From positions 1 to 16,140 of the forward strand of contig JAYSWN010000011.1 of the NCBI GenBank assembly GCA_043718025.1: DNA of 16,140 nucleotides, in the 5' to 3' direction. Under the pieces are notes generated by a model. The model saw nothing but the letters and a program-made list of their open reading frames with translations. It ran no database searches and was not told the origin of the DNA. Position numbers and translations under genes: made by a program. Positions 1 through 8,449 of the stretch are shown in pieces. Source of the stretch: Pseudomonadota bacterium (GTDB lineage: Bacteria; Bdellovibrionota; FAC87; UBA2466). Numbering within the stretch: position 1 is the stretch's first letter; each line of letters starts with the position of its first letter.

Positions 1-114
1 CGCCCCCCAACTCATGATGAATTTCAGAGGCTTAGTTTAGTGGGGGGCGACATTTTCGCTGGGGAAAAGGGGGGCGACAAAGTCGCCGGGTATTCACACA
101 AGCTTTAGCTTTGG

Positions 115-1734
115 GTGGCCCTTACCGATAAGCCTACAGTGAAGAAGAGACGCCGCAATACTAGCCACTTACGAGGTTACGAAGCCTTGCAAGAAGTTGC
201 CGTTCAACTGATTGCCTCGACTACTCAGGGTAATCTGCTGAAATTCATCGTCCACAAAGCCGTTGAGCTTTTAGATTGCGATGCCGGCACCCTGTACATC
301 AAGCGCGACGCGCGCACGGCCGAATTTGCGGTTACCGTGAACCACTCGGTTAAGTACGATTTCGAACACGACCTGGTGCCGACGTTGGGTAGTGGAATTG
401 CCGCGTACGTCTTTCAAACCGGCGCCGAAGTTCGCATCGCCGACGCGTACCACATTCCCGCAAAATTGCCGTACCGGTTCGACGACGAATTTGATCGCAA
501 AACCAACTACCGCACCCGATCGATATTGGCGCTGCCGCTGGTAAGTTCGCAGGGTGAACTGGTAGGCGTGTTGCAACTCATCAATCGCAAAGAAACTTTT
601 AAACAAAAGTGGCCCACAAAAAATTTAACTGCCTTAGAAAAAATGCCGCCCTTCAGTAATGAAGACGCCACGTTGATGCGCAGCTTTGCGGCCCTGGCCG
701 CCGCCAGCATCGAAAAGGCCACACTTTACCAAAGCATCGACAAACTCTTTAAGGGCTTTATTCGCGCTTCGGTACAGGTGATCGAAGAGCGTGATCCTGC
801 CACCAAAGGTCATTCCGAACGGGTTGCCTCGTTGTCGGTAGAACTTGCCCGTCAGGTGAGCCGGTCGCAGGATGCGGAAGTTCGCCACATCTCTTTTTCA
901 GAAAAGCAAATTGAAGAGCTACAGTACGCCTCGCTGTTACACGACTTTGGCAAAGTGAGCATTCGTGAGTCGGTTTTGCTGAAAGAGGCCAAACTGTATG
1001 AAGTGGAGCGGCTAAAGTTACGCACCCGCTTTGATCACTTTTGCCATGCCGCCGAAATTTTGCTGTACCGTGATTTTTTAAGTGAATTGATGAAGGCCAA
1101 CCGCCCGCCCGATGAGTTCACGATGGCGCAGGTGGAACGGCGCGTTCGTGAGAAACGCGGCGAAATCGAAGAGTTTTGGAAAGTGGTGATGGAGATCAAT
1201 CAGCCTACGGTTGTGAACGCAGATAAGACCGAAGCGTTGATCCGCTTGCAACAAATTGAATTGCCGCTGCTCGATGGAAAAAAGGGTTTGTTGCTTGAAC
1301 CCGAAGAAATATTGTCACTAAGCATTCGCCGCGGTTCGCTTTCGACGGCCGAGCGGCTCGAAGTAGAAAATCACGTCACCAGCACCTTTCAGTTTTTGCA
1401 GCAAATCCCCTGGACCAGCGACTTTGCTAACCTTCCTGAAATTGCCTACTGCCACCACGAAAAGCTGGATGGTTCAGGGTATCCGCGTAAACTAAAGGCC
1501 GCCGACATTCCAATGCAGTCGCGCATTATGGCGATTTGCGATATTTTCGACGCTTTGATTGCCGCCGACCGGCCCTACAAAAAAGCGATGCCCGCCGAAA
1601 AAGCCCTGGTGATACTTGAAGATGAGGCTGCCCAAGGAAAATTGGACTTGCGCATGCTCAAAGTGTTTATCGACTCCAAGGTGTATATGCGCATTGATCT
1701 CACGCCTATGTCGTTGTTTAAAAAATTGGGCTGA
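115..1734 (+). CDS. GAF domain + HD-GYP cyclic-dinucleotide phosphodiesterase
   Basis: N-terminal GAF signature (FDDEFDRKTNYRTRSILALPL...VGVLQLINRK). HD-GYP motifs: GHSERV, LLHDFGK, HHEKLDGSGYP, CDIFDAL, RPYK. A long helical insert lies between HD and GYP. Start is GTG 115 or GTG 139. Confidence 0.93.
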   Translation: MALTDKPTVKKRRRNTSHLRGYEALQEVAVQLIASTTQGNLLKFIVHKAVELLDCDAGTLYIKRDARTAEFAVTVNHSVKYDFEHDLVPTLGSGIAAYVFQTGAEVRIADAYHIPAKLPYRFDDEFDRKTNYRTRSILALPLVSSQGELVGVLQLINRKETFKQKWPTKNLTALEKMPPFSNEDATLMRSFAALAAASIEKATLYQSIDKLFKGFIRASVQVIEERDPATKGHSERVASLSVELARQVSRSQDAEVRHISFSEKQIEELQYASLLHDFGKVSIRESVLLKEAKLYEVERLKLRTRFDHFCHAAEILLYRDFLSELMKANRPPDEFTMAQVERRVREKRGEIEEFWKVVMEINQPTVVNADKTEALIRLQQIELPLLDGKKGLLLEPEEILSLSIRRGSLSTAERLEVENHVTSTFQFLQQIPWTSDFANLPEIAYCHHEKLDGSGYPRKLKAADIPMQSRIMAICDIFDALIAADRPYKKAMPAEKALVILEDEAAQGKLDLRMLKVFIDSKVYMRIDLTPMSLFKKLG

Positions 1735-1842
1735 CGCACTCTTCTCCCTCCAAAACCGTTAAAAAAACCTCAGTATTTACTTCGTATTTTGCCCGTCCTA
1801 GAGTGGGGCCACTATTTTTTAAGCCTTCACTTGGGAGACACA

Positions 1843-2358
1843 ATGAAACGCAGTTTAGGTTTGGTTTTTGGGTTGCTTCTTTTGGTTCAAACGCAGGCCA
1901 ATGCCGGCGTTGGCCTACACGGCGGATTGAATTTTGCCGACACTGAAGATCTTTCGGCGTTAAAGGTGCCGACGAATACCAATTTTATCTTAGGGGCGTT
2001 TTACGAAACCGAAGGCGACATTTTTCATTTTCAGCCAGAATTTAATTACATTAAAAAACAGTACGCCAACTACATTACGATACCGATTTTGCTCAAACTA
2101 AAAATTGAATCGCCGGTGTTTCGCCCCTTTATAGTGGCCGGGCCAGCCATTGCTCTAAACGTGAATGGACCCGGGGCCAACGGCGTGGATCTCTCGTTGG
2201 ATCTTGGCGCTGGATTAGAAGTCGAAGTGTTGCCTAAATTTTCGGTGGTGGCAGAGGGGCGATACTCTTTGGGCTTCCTAAACGTTAGCTCTACCGCGGG
2301 CCGCGACATTAAGTCCCGTGACATCTCGGTGATGCTCGGCGTTCATTTCCAGATGTAA
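1843..2358 (+). CDS. Outer-membrane beta-barrel protein (small OmpA/PorT-like porin family)
   Basis: ATG 1843 follows GGGAGA and is preferred over TTG 1789. Signal peptide MKRSLGLVFGLLLLVQTQANA, amphipathic strands (GLHGGLN, FQPEFNY, RPFIVAGP, EGRYSLG) and a C-terminal strand VMLGVHFQM. Confidence 0.85.
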   Translation: MKRSLGLVFGLLLLVQTQANAGVGLHGGLNFADTEDLSALKVPTNTNFILGAFYETEGDIFHFQPEFNYIKKQYANYITIPILLKLKIESPVFRPFIVAGPAIALNVNGPGANGVDLSLDLGAGLEVEVLPKFSVVAEGRYSLGFLNVSSTAGRDIKSRDISVMLGVHFQM

Positions 2359-2382
2359 GTCGCCAGGTTACGAATGAAATAG

Positions 2383-2413
2383 AAAAGGGCCGGTGAGATT
2401 CACCGGCCCTTTT
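2383..2413. terminator. Bidirectional rho-independent terminator
   Basis: Perfect inverted repeat AAAAGGGCCGGTGA-gat-TCACCGGCCCTTTT between two convergent genes. Confidence 0.9.
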
Positions 2414-2441
2414 ATTTTCAAGACTAAGATTTAAATCGAAA

Positions 2442-2954
2442 TTAGAAGTTTAATGCGAGCTTCTTTGCCTGAGACTTCTTTTCACCGAACCGCTTGCCGG
2501 TGAGTTTTACCGGCTTCCAGAATTTGCCGGTCGAGGCGTAGCGCTTCTTGGCGATCCCCTTTTTGGCCGACCATTTTCTCGAAATTTTTCCCGGTTTCAA
2601 CACTTCGATAATACGCGACTGAGATTTGGCTTCGGCCACAATGGGAGAAACGCTTGGCTGAGTTTTAGGCTGAACCTTTTCGGTCGATGGATTTAGCGGT
2701 GCTCCGTGAAAGGCCATGCGTTCTGCATCGAGGGCAACTTGTTCCCAAGATTTTTCAGCCTCGGCCGCCGAGCGCGCCGGGGCGTAACCCTGAGGAATTT
2801 CTAAACTAATTTTTGGCGCGTCTTGATTAAGGCCGGGTAGGCTCGGAAGGCCGGCTTGGAAGTTACAGCCGACTAGTAAAAATGCGAATAGCCACGGGGC
2901 TAAGCCGGTTAAAACGAACGTTAAGCGCGGAAAGAAGTTTGTTGTGCTGCTCAT
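2442..2954 (-). CDS. Hypothetical lipoprotein with Lys-rich C-terminal tail
   Basis: GGAGA RBS upstream, hydrophobic stretch ending in lipobox LVGC, very basic C-terminus, and it ends at the bidirectional terminator. Confidence 0.7.
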   Translation of the reverse strand: MSSTTNFFPRLTFVLTGLAPWLFAFLLVGCNFQAGLPSLPGLNQDAPKISLEIPQGYAPARSAAEAEKSWEQVALDAERMAFHGAPLNPSTEKVQPKTQPSVSPIVAEAKSQSRIIEVLKPGKISRKWSAKKGIAKKRYASTGKFWKPVKLTGKRFGEKKSQAKKLALNF

Positions 2955-2998
2955 GGTTGTGGTCTCCGTACTGCTACCGACTCTCGCTGCAATGACAA

Positions 2999-3014
2999 TG
3001 CAATCGCAAAGCCA
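2999..3014 (-). promoter_or_regulatory. Putative sigma54 (-24/-12) promoter
   Basis: Minus strand TGGCTTTGCGATTGCA fits TGGC-N7-TTGCW with exact spacing, about 45 nt upstream of the ATG at 2954. Confidence 0.6.
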
Positions 3015-3315
3015 AACGTTTTGAACTTAGACAGTTGGTAATATTCCCAGCATAGCGACAAAAAACGGCAGCAAGCGGGCGCAACCCGTCTTAGGCGCCA
3101 CCTATACAGGATTCTTTCTGAAGATTAGTGGATCGAGGGTGATGGGGCGTAGTTGCTCTCGCGCTGCTCGTGGGGGCTGGGTGGCGCTTCCACCCGTTTT
3201 CTGATTTTTTTTTAAATTTTCTTTCCGGAAAAAAAGATAAAAAAAATCAGACTTGAGTAGGCCGTTGCGTTCGTATCACCGTGGGCCCGCTCTTACGAAA
3301 CCCTAGTAAACGAGA

Positions 3316-4047
3316 TTAGTTAAAGGGATTTGCTTTTTTGGCATGTTCAAAATCGGTAACCGTAGATCCCCCTACGCCGGACGTCGAAAGAATTCCAATC
3401 AGGACGTCTTTAACCAAAATGGGCGATCCTGAATTCCCCGGAACTGCAACTAAATCGAGGGAATCAAATGTTAGGTCGGGGATGGTCCCTTCAAATTTCG
3501 CTCTTTTTTGCACCAATCTAAACTGATTCACTCCATTAACTGGATCATAGCCTAGCATTTCACCCTCTGCTCTCCAGAGAAAGTCTAGGGGGTTTTCAAT
3601 TTTTCTTGGCGATTTGCTTGCGGAAAGACTTCCATACCGCTCCACCATTTCTTGGTGATTAGAAATAGAGAGAACCGCCCAATCTGCCCCCCCCTTCTTG
3701 CGGAATTCCGCCTGTACAATGCTGGCAATAGAAAACTCTTGTGGCTCCTTGTCGCCTGGATTTTGAAAAAAGATTCTGAGCTGCGTCGCAGCTAGGGTTT
3801 CGCTTTCGTGAATAATACAATGACCTGCCGTTACGACGTATTGACGATCCACTATTGAGGCGGTGCAAAAGCCGCGCGCTTTAATTCCTTCCATCATTAA
3901 AAGGGCGATGGGGTTCTTACCACCGTATTTTTCAGGGAGGGACTCGGTCGCCATCGTGAAGGTCGTGCGTTCCCTATCGCGCTTCGCACAGCCGCAGGCG
4001 CTTAGTAGGGTTAAAATGGAAAACAAAACGATATGAGCATTGCACAT
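3316..4047 (-). CDS. Trypsin-like (clan PA, S1) serine protease, probable lipoprotein
   Basis: Catalytic triad motifs TAGHC, DWAVL, GNSGSP. ATG 4047 gives MCNAHIVLFSILTLLSAC with lipobox LSAC, so the track start at 4134 is probably too long. Confidence 0.85.
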   Translation of the reverse strand: MCNAHIVLFSILTLLSACGCAKRDRERTTFTMATESLPEKYGGKNPIALLMMEGIKARGFCTASIVDRQYVVTAGHCIIHESETLAATQLRIFFQNPGDKEPQEFSIASIVQAEFRKKGGADWAVLSISNHQEMVERYGSLSASKSPRKIENPLDFLWRAEGEMLGYDPVNGVNQFRLVQKRAKFEGTIPDLTFDSLDLVAVPGNSGSPILVKDVLIGILSTSGVGGSTVTDFEHAKKANPFN

Positions 4048-4157
4048 GGTCGACCGCGGCCGAGTTGGCCTCAAATGACAATATAGGGCAGTTTGTTCAC
4101 CAATTAGCCGATTACCGCGACCAAAGAGGTTCACGCCAAAAACTAAACTCTAACCAA

Positions 4158-4173
4158 TGCCACGCTTGTGCCA
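4158..4173 (-). promoter_or_regulatory. Putative sigma54 promoter
   Basis: Minus strand TGGCACAAGCGTGGCA has a perfect TGGCAC -24 box and GC at the -12 position, upstream of the protease. Confidence 0.45.
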
Positions 4174-4199
4174 AGTTGCCTGCCCCGTCCGTACCGAAA

Positions 4200-4248
4200 G
4201 ATTGAACCTCTGACCTTCGGGTTATGAGTACGACGAGTACTTAACTGC
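4200..4248 (-). pseudogene. Degenerate initiator tRNA-Met(CAT) remnant
   Basis: Minus strand GCAGTTAAGTACTCGTCGTACTCATAACCCGAAGGTCAGAGGTTCAATC resembles the tRNA-fMet core (GCAG...CTCGTCGGGCTCATAACCCGAAGGTC...GGTTCAAATC). The anticodon stem is broken and no acceptor stem is present. Confidence 0.75.
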
Positions 4249-4467
4249 GGCAGTTTTCGGAGCGCTCCTGGTGAACCACCGCCTTTTGGCGGTGAGTCTG
4301 GAAAAGGTTTTACCGTTGAGCGAGGCTATTAATTCGCACTCGTAGTTAGCACGTAACCGGTCTCAAAGTGGTTGGGAAAAATAGAACTTCTCGCCACTGA
4401 GACGCCCGGCAACGTTTCCCCGCCGCCGTTTTGGACGGGAGCGAATCACTCGGCGTCATAAAGCATC

Positions 4468-4689
4468 CTATTCGAGCTTTTTCCAATCGCTATAGGGTTC
4501 GAGTACGTGTCGGGACTCGCGGTACACGTTATTGCGCAAATCTATCTGGTAGGCTCGTTGAGTTTTTTTGTCGCGCAACACTTTGACGACCACGGGCTTT
4601 TTGTCATCGGGGTTAACGCGATCCCCAAGCATCAACTGCTCCATGATCACTTCATATTTACCCAAATCAGAAAACTCAGAAGCTTTCAT
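4468..4689 (-). CDS. Small hypothetical protein (73 aa), likely co-transcribed with the peroxidase
   Basis: ATG lies 18 nt downstream of the peroxidase stop on the same strand. Protein-like composition, no signal peptide. Confidence 0.65.
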   Translation of the reverse strand: MKASEFSDLGKYEVIMEQLMLGDRVNPDDKKPVVVKVLRDKKTQRAYQIDLRNNVYRESRHVLEPYSDWKKLE

Positions 4690-4707
4690 GTCCGGTTCCG
4701 ATCTGCT

Positions 4708-5772
4708 CTATTGCGGAAAGGCGGTGGGGGCGGTGTCTTGATAGCCTTCCCCGTCCAATGATTTCATCATCGCCACCAGTTGGCTTACCTCTTTTTTCGA
4801 AAGCTTTAGCTTGCTTATTTTGGGCGAGAGATTGGGGTTTTTAGTTCCCCCCTTGTTGTAATGGGCCACCACCTCTTCGAGGGTTTTTTGTGAGCCATCG
4901 TGCATGTAGGGCGCGTGTTTGGTGATGTCGCGCAGACCAGGGGTTTTAAAGGCACCCTGATCTTCGGTTTTTTTGGTGAAGTCGGCGCGGCCATTATCGG
5001 CAAATTTCTTTTTGGCCGGATCGTAGCCGACTCCTAAGTTGTGAAACGAACTGTCGGTAAAATTTTGGTTGAGGTGGCATTGGTTGCATTGGGCTTTGCC
5101 GAAGAAGAGTTCATCGCCTTTTTTTACGTCGGCCGAAACGGCCTTTTCGTCGCCCGCTTTCCATTTGTCCCACGCCGAGTTGCCGCTCAGGCGCGTGCGC
5201 TCGTAGTCGGCAATGGCTTTGGCGATCTTTTCTTTGGTCACCTCTTCACTGCCGAACGCCTCTTTAAAATACTTTTTATAACCACCCGCCCCCGAAACCA
5301 TTTGTACCATGGCTTCGTGACTGGCCCCCATCTCGATCGGGTTGGCCACCGGACCTAGAGCTTGGGCTTCTAGCGAATCGGCGCGGCCGTCCCAGAAAAA
5401 ATGTGGGTACAGCGTCCAGGCTTGGTTAATAAACGACGGCGATTTACGCCCGCCTTTTTGCCCGCGGATGCCAGTGGAAACTGGCGTTGGTTCAGAAAAA
5501 GCATTTTCGGGGCGATGGCAGGTGGCGCACGAAATGGTTTGATCCGCCGAAAGGCGTTTGTCATAAAAGAGCCAACGGCCCAAACGCACGCGTTCGGGGG
5601 TGGGAGGTTCTTTCAGCTCGGCGTAGGTGGTGAGAATTCCCAGGGGCGGTGTGGGCAGTGGCTTTACCGGATTTTCTTTTTCCCAAGCCGTCGGCTCAGT
5701 AACCCGACTCGCCGATGAACAAGAAAGTAAAACCGCTGCCGCGATCAAACCTACAAGAGAGAGAGTTTTCAT
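4708..5772 (-). CDS. Di-heme cytochrome c peroxidase/MauG superfamily lipoprotein
   Basis: Two heme motifs (CATCH, CNQCH), plus LGRWLFYDKRLS, FFWDGRA, FKTPGLR and PYMHDG. ATG 5772 follows GGAGG, and the lipobox is LLSC. Confidence 0.93.
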   Translation of the reverse strand: MKTLSLVGLIAAAVLLSCSSASRVTEPTAWEKENPVKPLPTPPLGILTTYAELKEPPTPERVRLGRWLFYDKRLSADQTISCATCHRPENAFSEPTPVSTGIRGQKGGRKSPSFINQAWTLYPHFFWDGRADSLEAQALGPVANPIEMGASHEAMVQMVSGAGGYKKYFKEAFGSEEVTKEKIAKAIADYERTRLSGNSAWDKWKAGDEKAVSADVKKGDELFFGKAQCNQCHLNQNFTDSSFHNLGVGYDPAKKKFADNGRADFTKKTEDQGAFKTPGLRDITKHAPYMHDGSQKTLEEVVAHYNKGGTKNPNLSPKISKLKLSKKEVSQLVAMMKSLDGEGYQDTAPTAFPQ

Positions 5773-5836
5773 TATGCCTCCGCGCCGAACAAAAATGTGA
5801 CGGCTGAATATGACTTGCGTCGTTAAAGCCGTCAAT

Positions 5837-5857
5837 CGGGCCAGTCACACTGGCCCG
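5837..5857 (-). terminator. Hairpin after the S41 protease gene (possible terminator or stabilising stem)
   Basis: CGGGCCAGT-cac-ACTGGCCCG, 20 nt past the stop at 5878. No strong U tract. Confidence 0.45.
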
Positions 5858-5877
5858 TCAACCTCTCGCCAGCAGCC

Positions 5878-7644
5878 CTATTGCATCAGCATGGCCATCG
5901 GTTGAATTTTGAGCCGTTCGAAACAGGCCATGAGATCCAACACAACGTGAAGTTGGTAGTCTTGAGGCAAGGTAGAATTTGGCGCGTTGAACCGAGTGGT
6001 AGCACCGCCAGTGGTGTCGATACAAGCGCGTAGCTGTTTCGTGGTGTCTTCGGATCTTTCCGAGTGGGCGGCCTCGCCGACGGATTTCAGTGCATTGGGG
6101 TAGTTGTCTTCCTCACGCGGGTAGTTTAGCGCCTCGCCGGGACGACGGGTGGCCAAAAAGTCAGGCGTCACGCCTACCAATTGATTGGTACGGCCGGAGG
6201 GTAAATAAAATCGCGCGATGGTTTGAAACACCACGATCTCTTTGTCTTGCAGCGCTTTGTGAATGCCCATCGGCTTTAACCCGGCTTGAACCGTACCTTT
6301 TCCGTAACTGCGTTCGCCCACCACCCAGGCCCGTTTGTGGTCTTGCAACGCTCCCGAAAGCAATTCGGAAGCGCTCGCTGACATCGGGTTGATTAAGACC
6401 ACGAGGGGGAGGGCGGTAATCGCCTTGGCGTCTTTGGCGGTCATATAGGTTTTGTCGGCAATGGCGGTGGGGTAGAGCGATTTGCTGGTCACCACTTTTT
6501 GGTCGGCACCTAGGAACAGAGCCGCAATCTTCACCGCAATGTGCAAACTGCCGCCGGGGTTTCCGCGCAGATCGAGAACAATGGTCTGAGCGCCTTTGGC
6601 TTCCATCGCCTTTACCGCCATTTCAATTTGTTCGGCCGAGTTTTCGGGAATGAAGCTGCTTAAACTCACCACCCCTAATTTTGTGGCGCCAAGTTCTACG
6701 AATTTTGCCGCCACATTTTTGATTTCTACGGGCTTGCGCACCAGTCTGAACTCTAAAGCCTCTTCGCCGCGTTTTATCGTCAAAATAACCTGGGTGTTCT
6801 CCAACCCGCTCAATGCGGCGGCACCCTTACGCAAGTCTCCGGTAAGCACTTTTCCATCGGCCGCAATAATTTTATCTCCGGCGCGGAGGCCGCTTAGCAT
6901 GGCGGGGCCGCCGTCGATCAAGCCGTCAATCGTGATCAAGCCGTCTTTTTCGATTACGTTGACTCCGATGCCCACCAGTTGGTCGATTACATCTGAGTCG
7001 TGGTCTTTTTTTAACATTTCAACCGGCACGATACGCGCGTGCGCATCGCTAATTTGCATGAATTCGTTGATGGCGTTGGCAACGATATAAGACTCTTCGG
7101 CCTGACCAGAAATTGCCTTGGCCATCGGCTCAAGCAGTTTCTCCATGTCGACGCGCCGGCCAGAGTTCACCAGTTTCATCCAAGCCTTTACGGTGGCGGC
7201 CTCAAAGGCGTGCCTTTCGGCGAGGATGGCTTTGGGCTCTTTGGCTAGGGGGATCCACACGGCGAATACGGCGTCGCCTAAGTCCCGAGCCACTTTAATG
7301 TTTTGCGGCGTTTCGAAATGGACAGCGGCCGGAATGATCTGAAGGTTTCTCCCGCCGTGCGATACGATGGCGTTAATTGCCGCCATACAATGAACGAAGG
7401 CGTTTCCATTTGAGTAGCACAGCGGATTGTTAACGTAGTGGGAAAGCAGGTCGCTCGTCAGCCCGACGTCTTTCCAATATTTAACCATGGTCTCGCGCGA
7501 GCTGGCGAATAGGGGAAGCGTTTCCCTTGCCGTGGTTAACGGCGCCGGGCCGGTGGCCAGCAGTGCAGAACAATTTACTTCGGCTTTAGTTGTTAACGAT
7601 AGTAATAGACCAAGAACGAAGACAGATCCCCAATTCCACGACAT
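5878..7644 (-). CDS. Carboxy-terminal processing protease, peptidase S41A (CtpA/Prc-like) with PDZ domain
   Basis: PDZ (GIGV...GGPA..SGLRAGDKI), DLRGNPGG, catalytic SASASE and GERSYGKG, N-terminal signal peptide. Confidence 0.93.
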   Translation of the reverse strand: MSWNWGSVFVLGLLLSLTTKAEVNCSALLATGPAPLTTARETLPLFASSRETMVKYWKDVGLTSDLLSHYVNNPLCYSNGNAFVHCMAAINAIVSHGGRNLQIIPAAVHFETPQNIKVARDLGDAVFAVWIPLAKEPKAILAERHAFEAATVKAWMKLVNSGRRVDMEKLLEPMAKAISGQAEESYIVANAINEFMQISDAHARIVPVEMLKKDHDSDVIDQLVGIGVNVIEKDGLITIDGLIDGGPAMLSGLRAGDKIIAADGKVLTGDLRKGAAALSGLENTQVILTIKRGEEALEFRLVRKPVEIKNVAAKFVELGATKLGVVSLSSFIPENSAEQIEMAVKAMEAKGAQTIVLDLRGNPGGSLHIAVKIAALFLGADQKVVTSKSLYPTAIADKTYMTAKDAKAITALPLVVLINPMSASASELLSGALQDHKRAWVVGERSYGKGTVQAGLKPMGIHKALQDKEIVVFQTIARFYLPSGRTNQLVGVTPDFLATRRPGEALNYPREEDNYPNALKSVGEAAHSERSEDTTKQLRACIDTTGGATTRFNAPNSTLPQDYQLHVVLDLMACFERLKIQPMAMLMQ

Positions 7645-7777
7645 CCCAACCCCCCCAGGTAGTGCGTAAACCCAATGTCTTTGGTGTCATTTACTTTGGC
7701 CAGGTGCACAATTGAATTTGGCGCACAACGCCAAGCTTTGTTAACGGCTGAAGACATCCCCTTTGGGTGGGGGACGC

Positions 7778-7807
7778 AAAAAAAAGGCCGACTCTTTCGA
7801 GTCGGCC
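7778..7807 (-). terminator. Rho-independent terminator
   Basis: Minus strand GGCCGACTC-gaaa-GAGTCGGCC followed by T8, downstream of the stop at 7850. Confidence 0.88.
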
Positions 7808-7849
7808 CTTGTCTTTGACGCCTTGGTTTGGAGATAGAGATCGAAATTT

Positions 7850-8416
7850 TTAGTACTGAAGCGCGTCTGGTTTAAAGTTAAAACCGAAATTGGTCCGCTG
7901 CGAAAACTGCGAGGCGTTAGTGCGGTAGTTACCCGCAAAGTCTTCCCACGGCGAATTTATCGAATAGGCATTGAGATAGCTCACCCGGTAATTGTCGTCT
8001 TGGCCCAAGTAGCGGGCGGCGAGCGCCGATGCTGGATTATAAAAAGACTGAATGGCGTTGCCGCATTTAATTAGTGCAGAAATGTAAAAGGCGTCGGTGA
8101 CGTTGTCGTATTCCATTCCGGATAAAAGGCGTAAGCAAGCGCTCATCGTGCCTTCGGGCGTGGCCTCGCTGTAACGGTTTTCCCAAGGGCTTTGCCCAAA
8201 AAAATCAAACTGGCCACTGCCAATTCCTAGTATTGCGGTTCTAGGTGTGGCCTTGGCTGCGCGAGCGGGCGCACTGACGGTATTTACCATCTTCGCCAGC
8301 ACCGCGTTGGCCTGCGTCTGGTAAGTGGTTTTGTTTAAACTCGAAGCTCTCTGACACGAGGTCAACAGAGCCGCGGTTATCATCATTAAACTTAATTTTG
8401 CTAAACCGTTTTTCAT
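7850..8416 (-). CDS. Hypothetical lipoprotein
   Basis: ATG 8416 follows GGAGA. MKNGLAKLSLMMITAALLTSC has lipobox LTSC. Followed by a terminator. Confidence 0.75.
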   Translation of the reverse strand: MKNGLAKLSLMMITAALLTSCQRASSLNKTTYQTQANAVLAKMVNTVSAPARAAKATPRTAILGIGSGQFDFFGQSPWENRYSEATPEGTMSACLRLLSGMEYDNVTDAFYISALIKCGNAIQSFYNPASALAARYLGQDDNYRVSYLNAYSINSPWEDFAGNYRTNASQFSQRTNFGFNFKPDALQY

Positions 8417-8449
8417 TTGCGTTGTCTCCAAGTCGTCAAAGAGTTGTGA

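Noticed and set aside
1567..1584. Possibility that the HD-GYP is a 3',3'-cGAMP-selective variant
   Set aside because: It keeps the canonical RPYK (RxxK) motif, so nothing in the sequence suggests altered specificity.
4180..4260. Functional tRNA-Met or a selC tRNA
   Set aside because: Anticodon and T stems are mismatched, there is no acceptor stem, and the anticodon is CAT rather than TCA.
7745..7810. GGGACGCAAA resembling part of a c-di-GMP-I (GEMM) riboswitch
   Set aside because: The GGCAAAC/GNRA elements are missing, no plus-strand gene lies downstream, and the A-run is explained by the minus-strand terminator.
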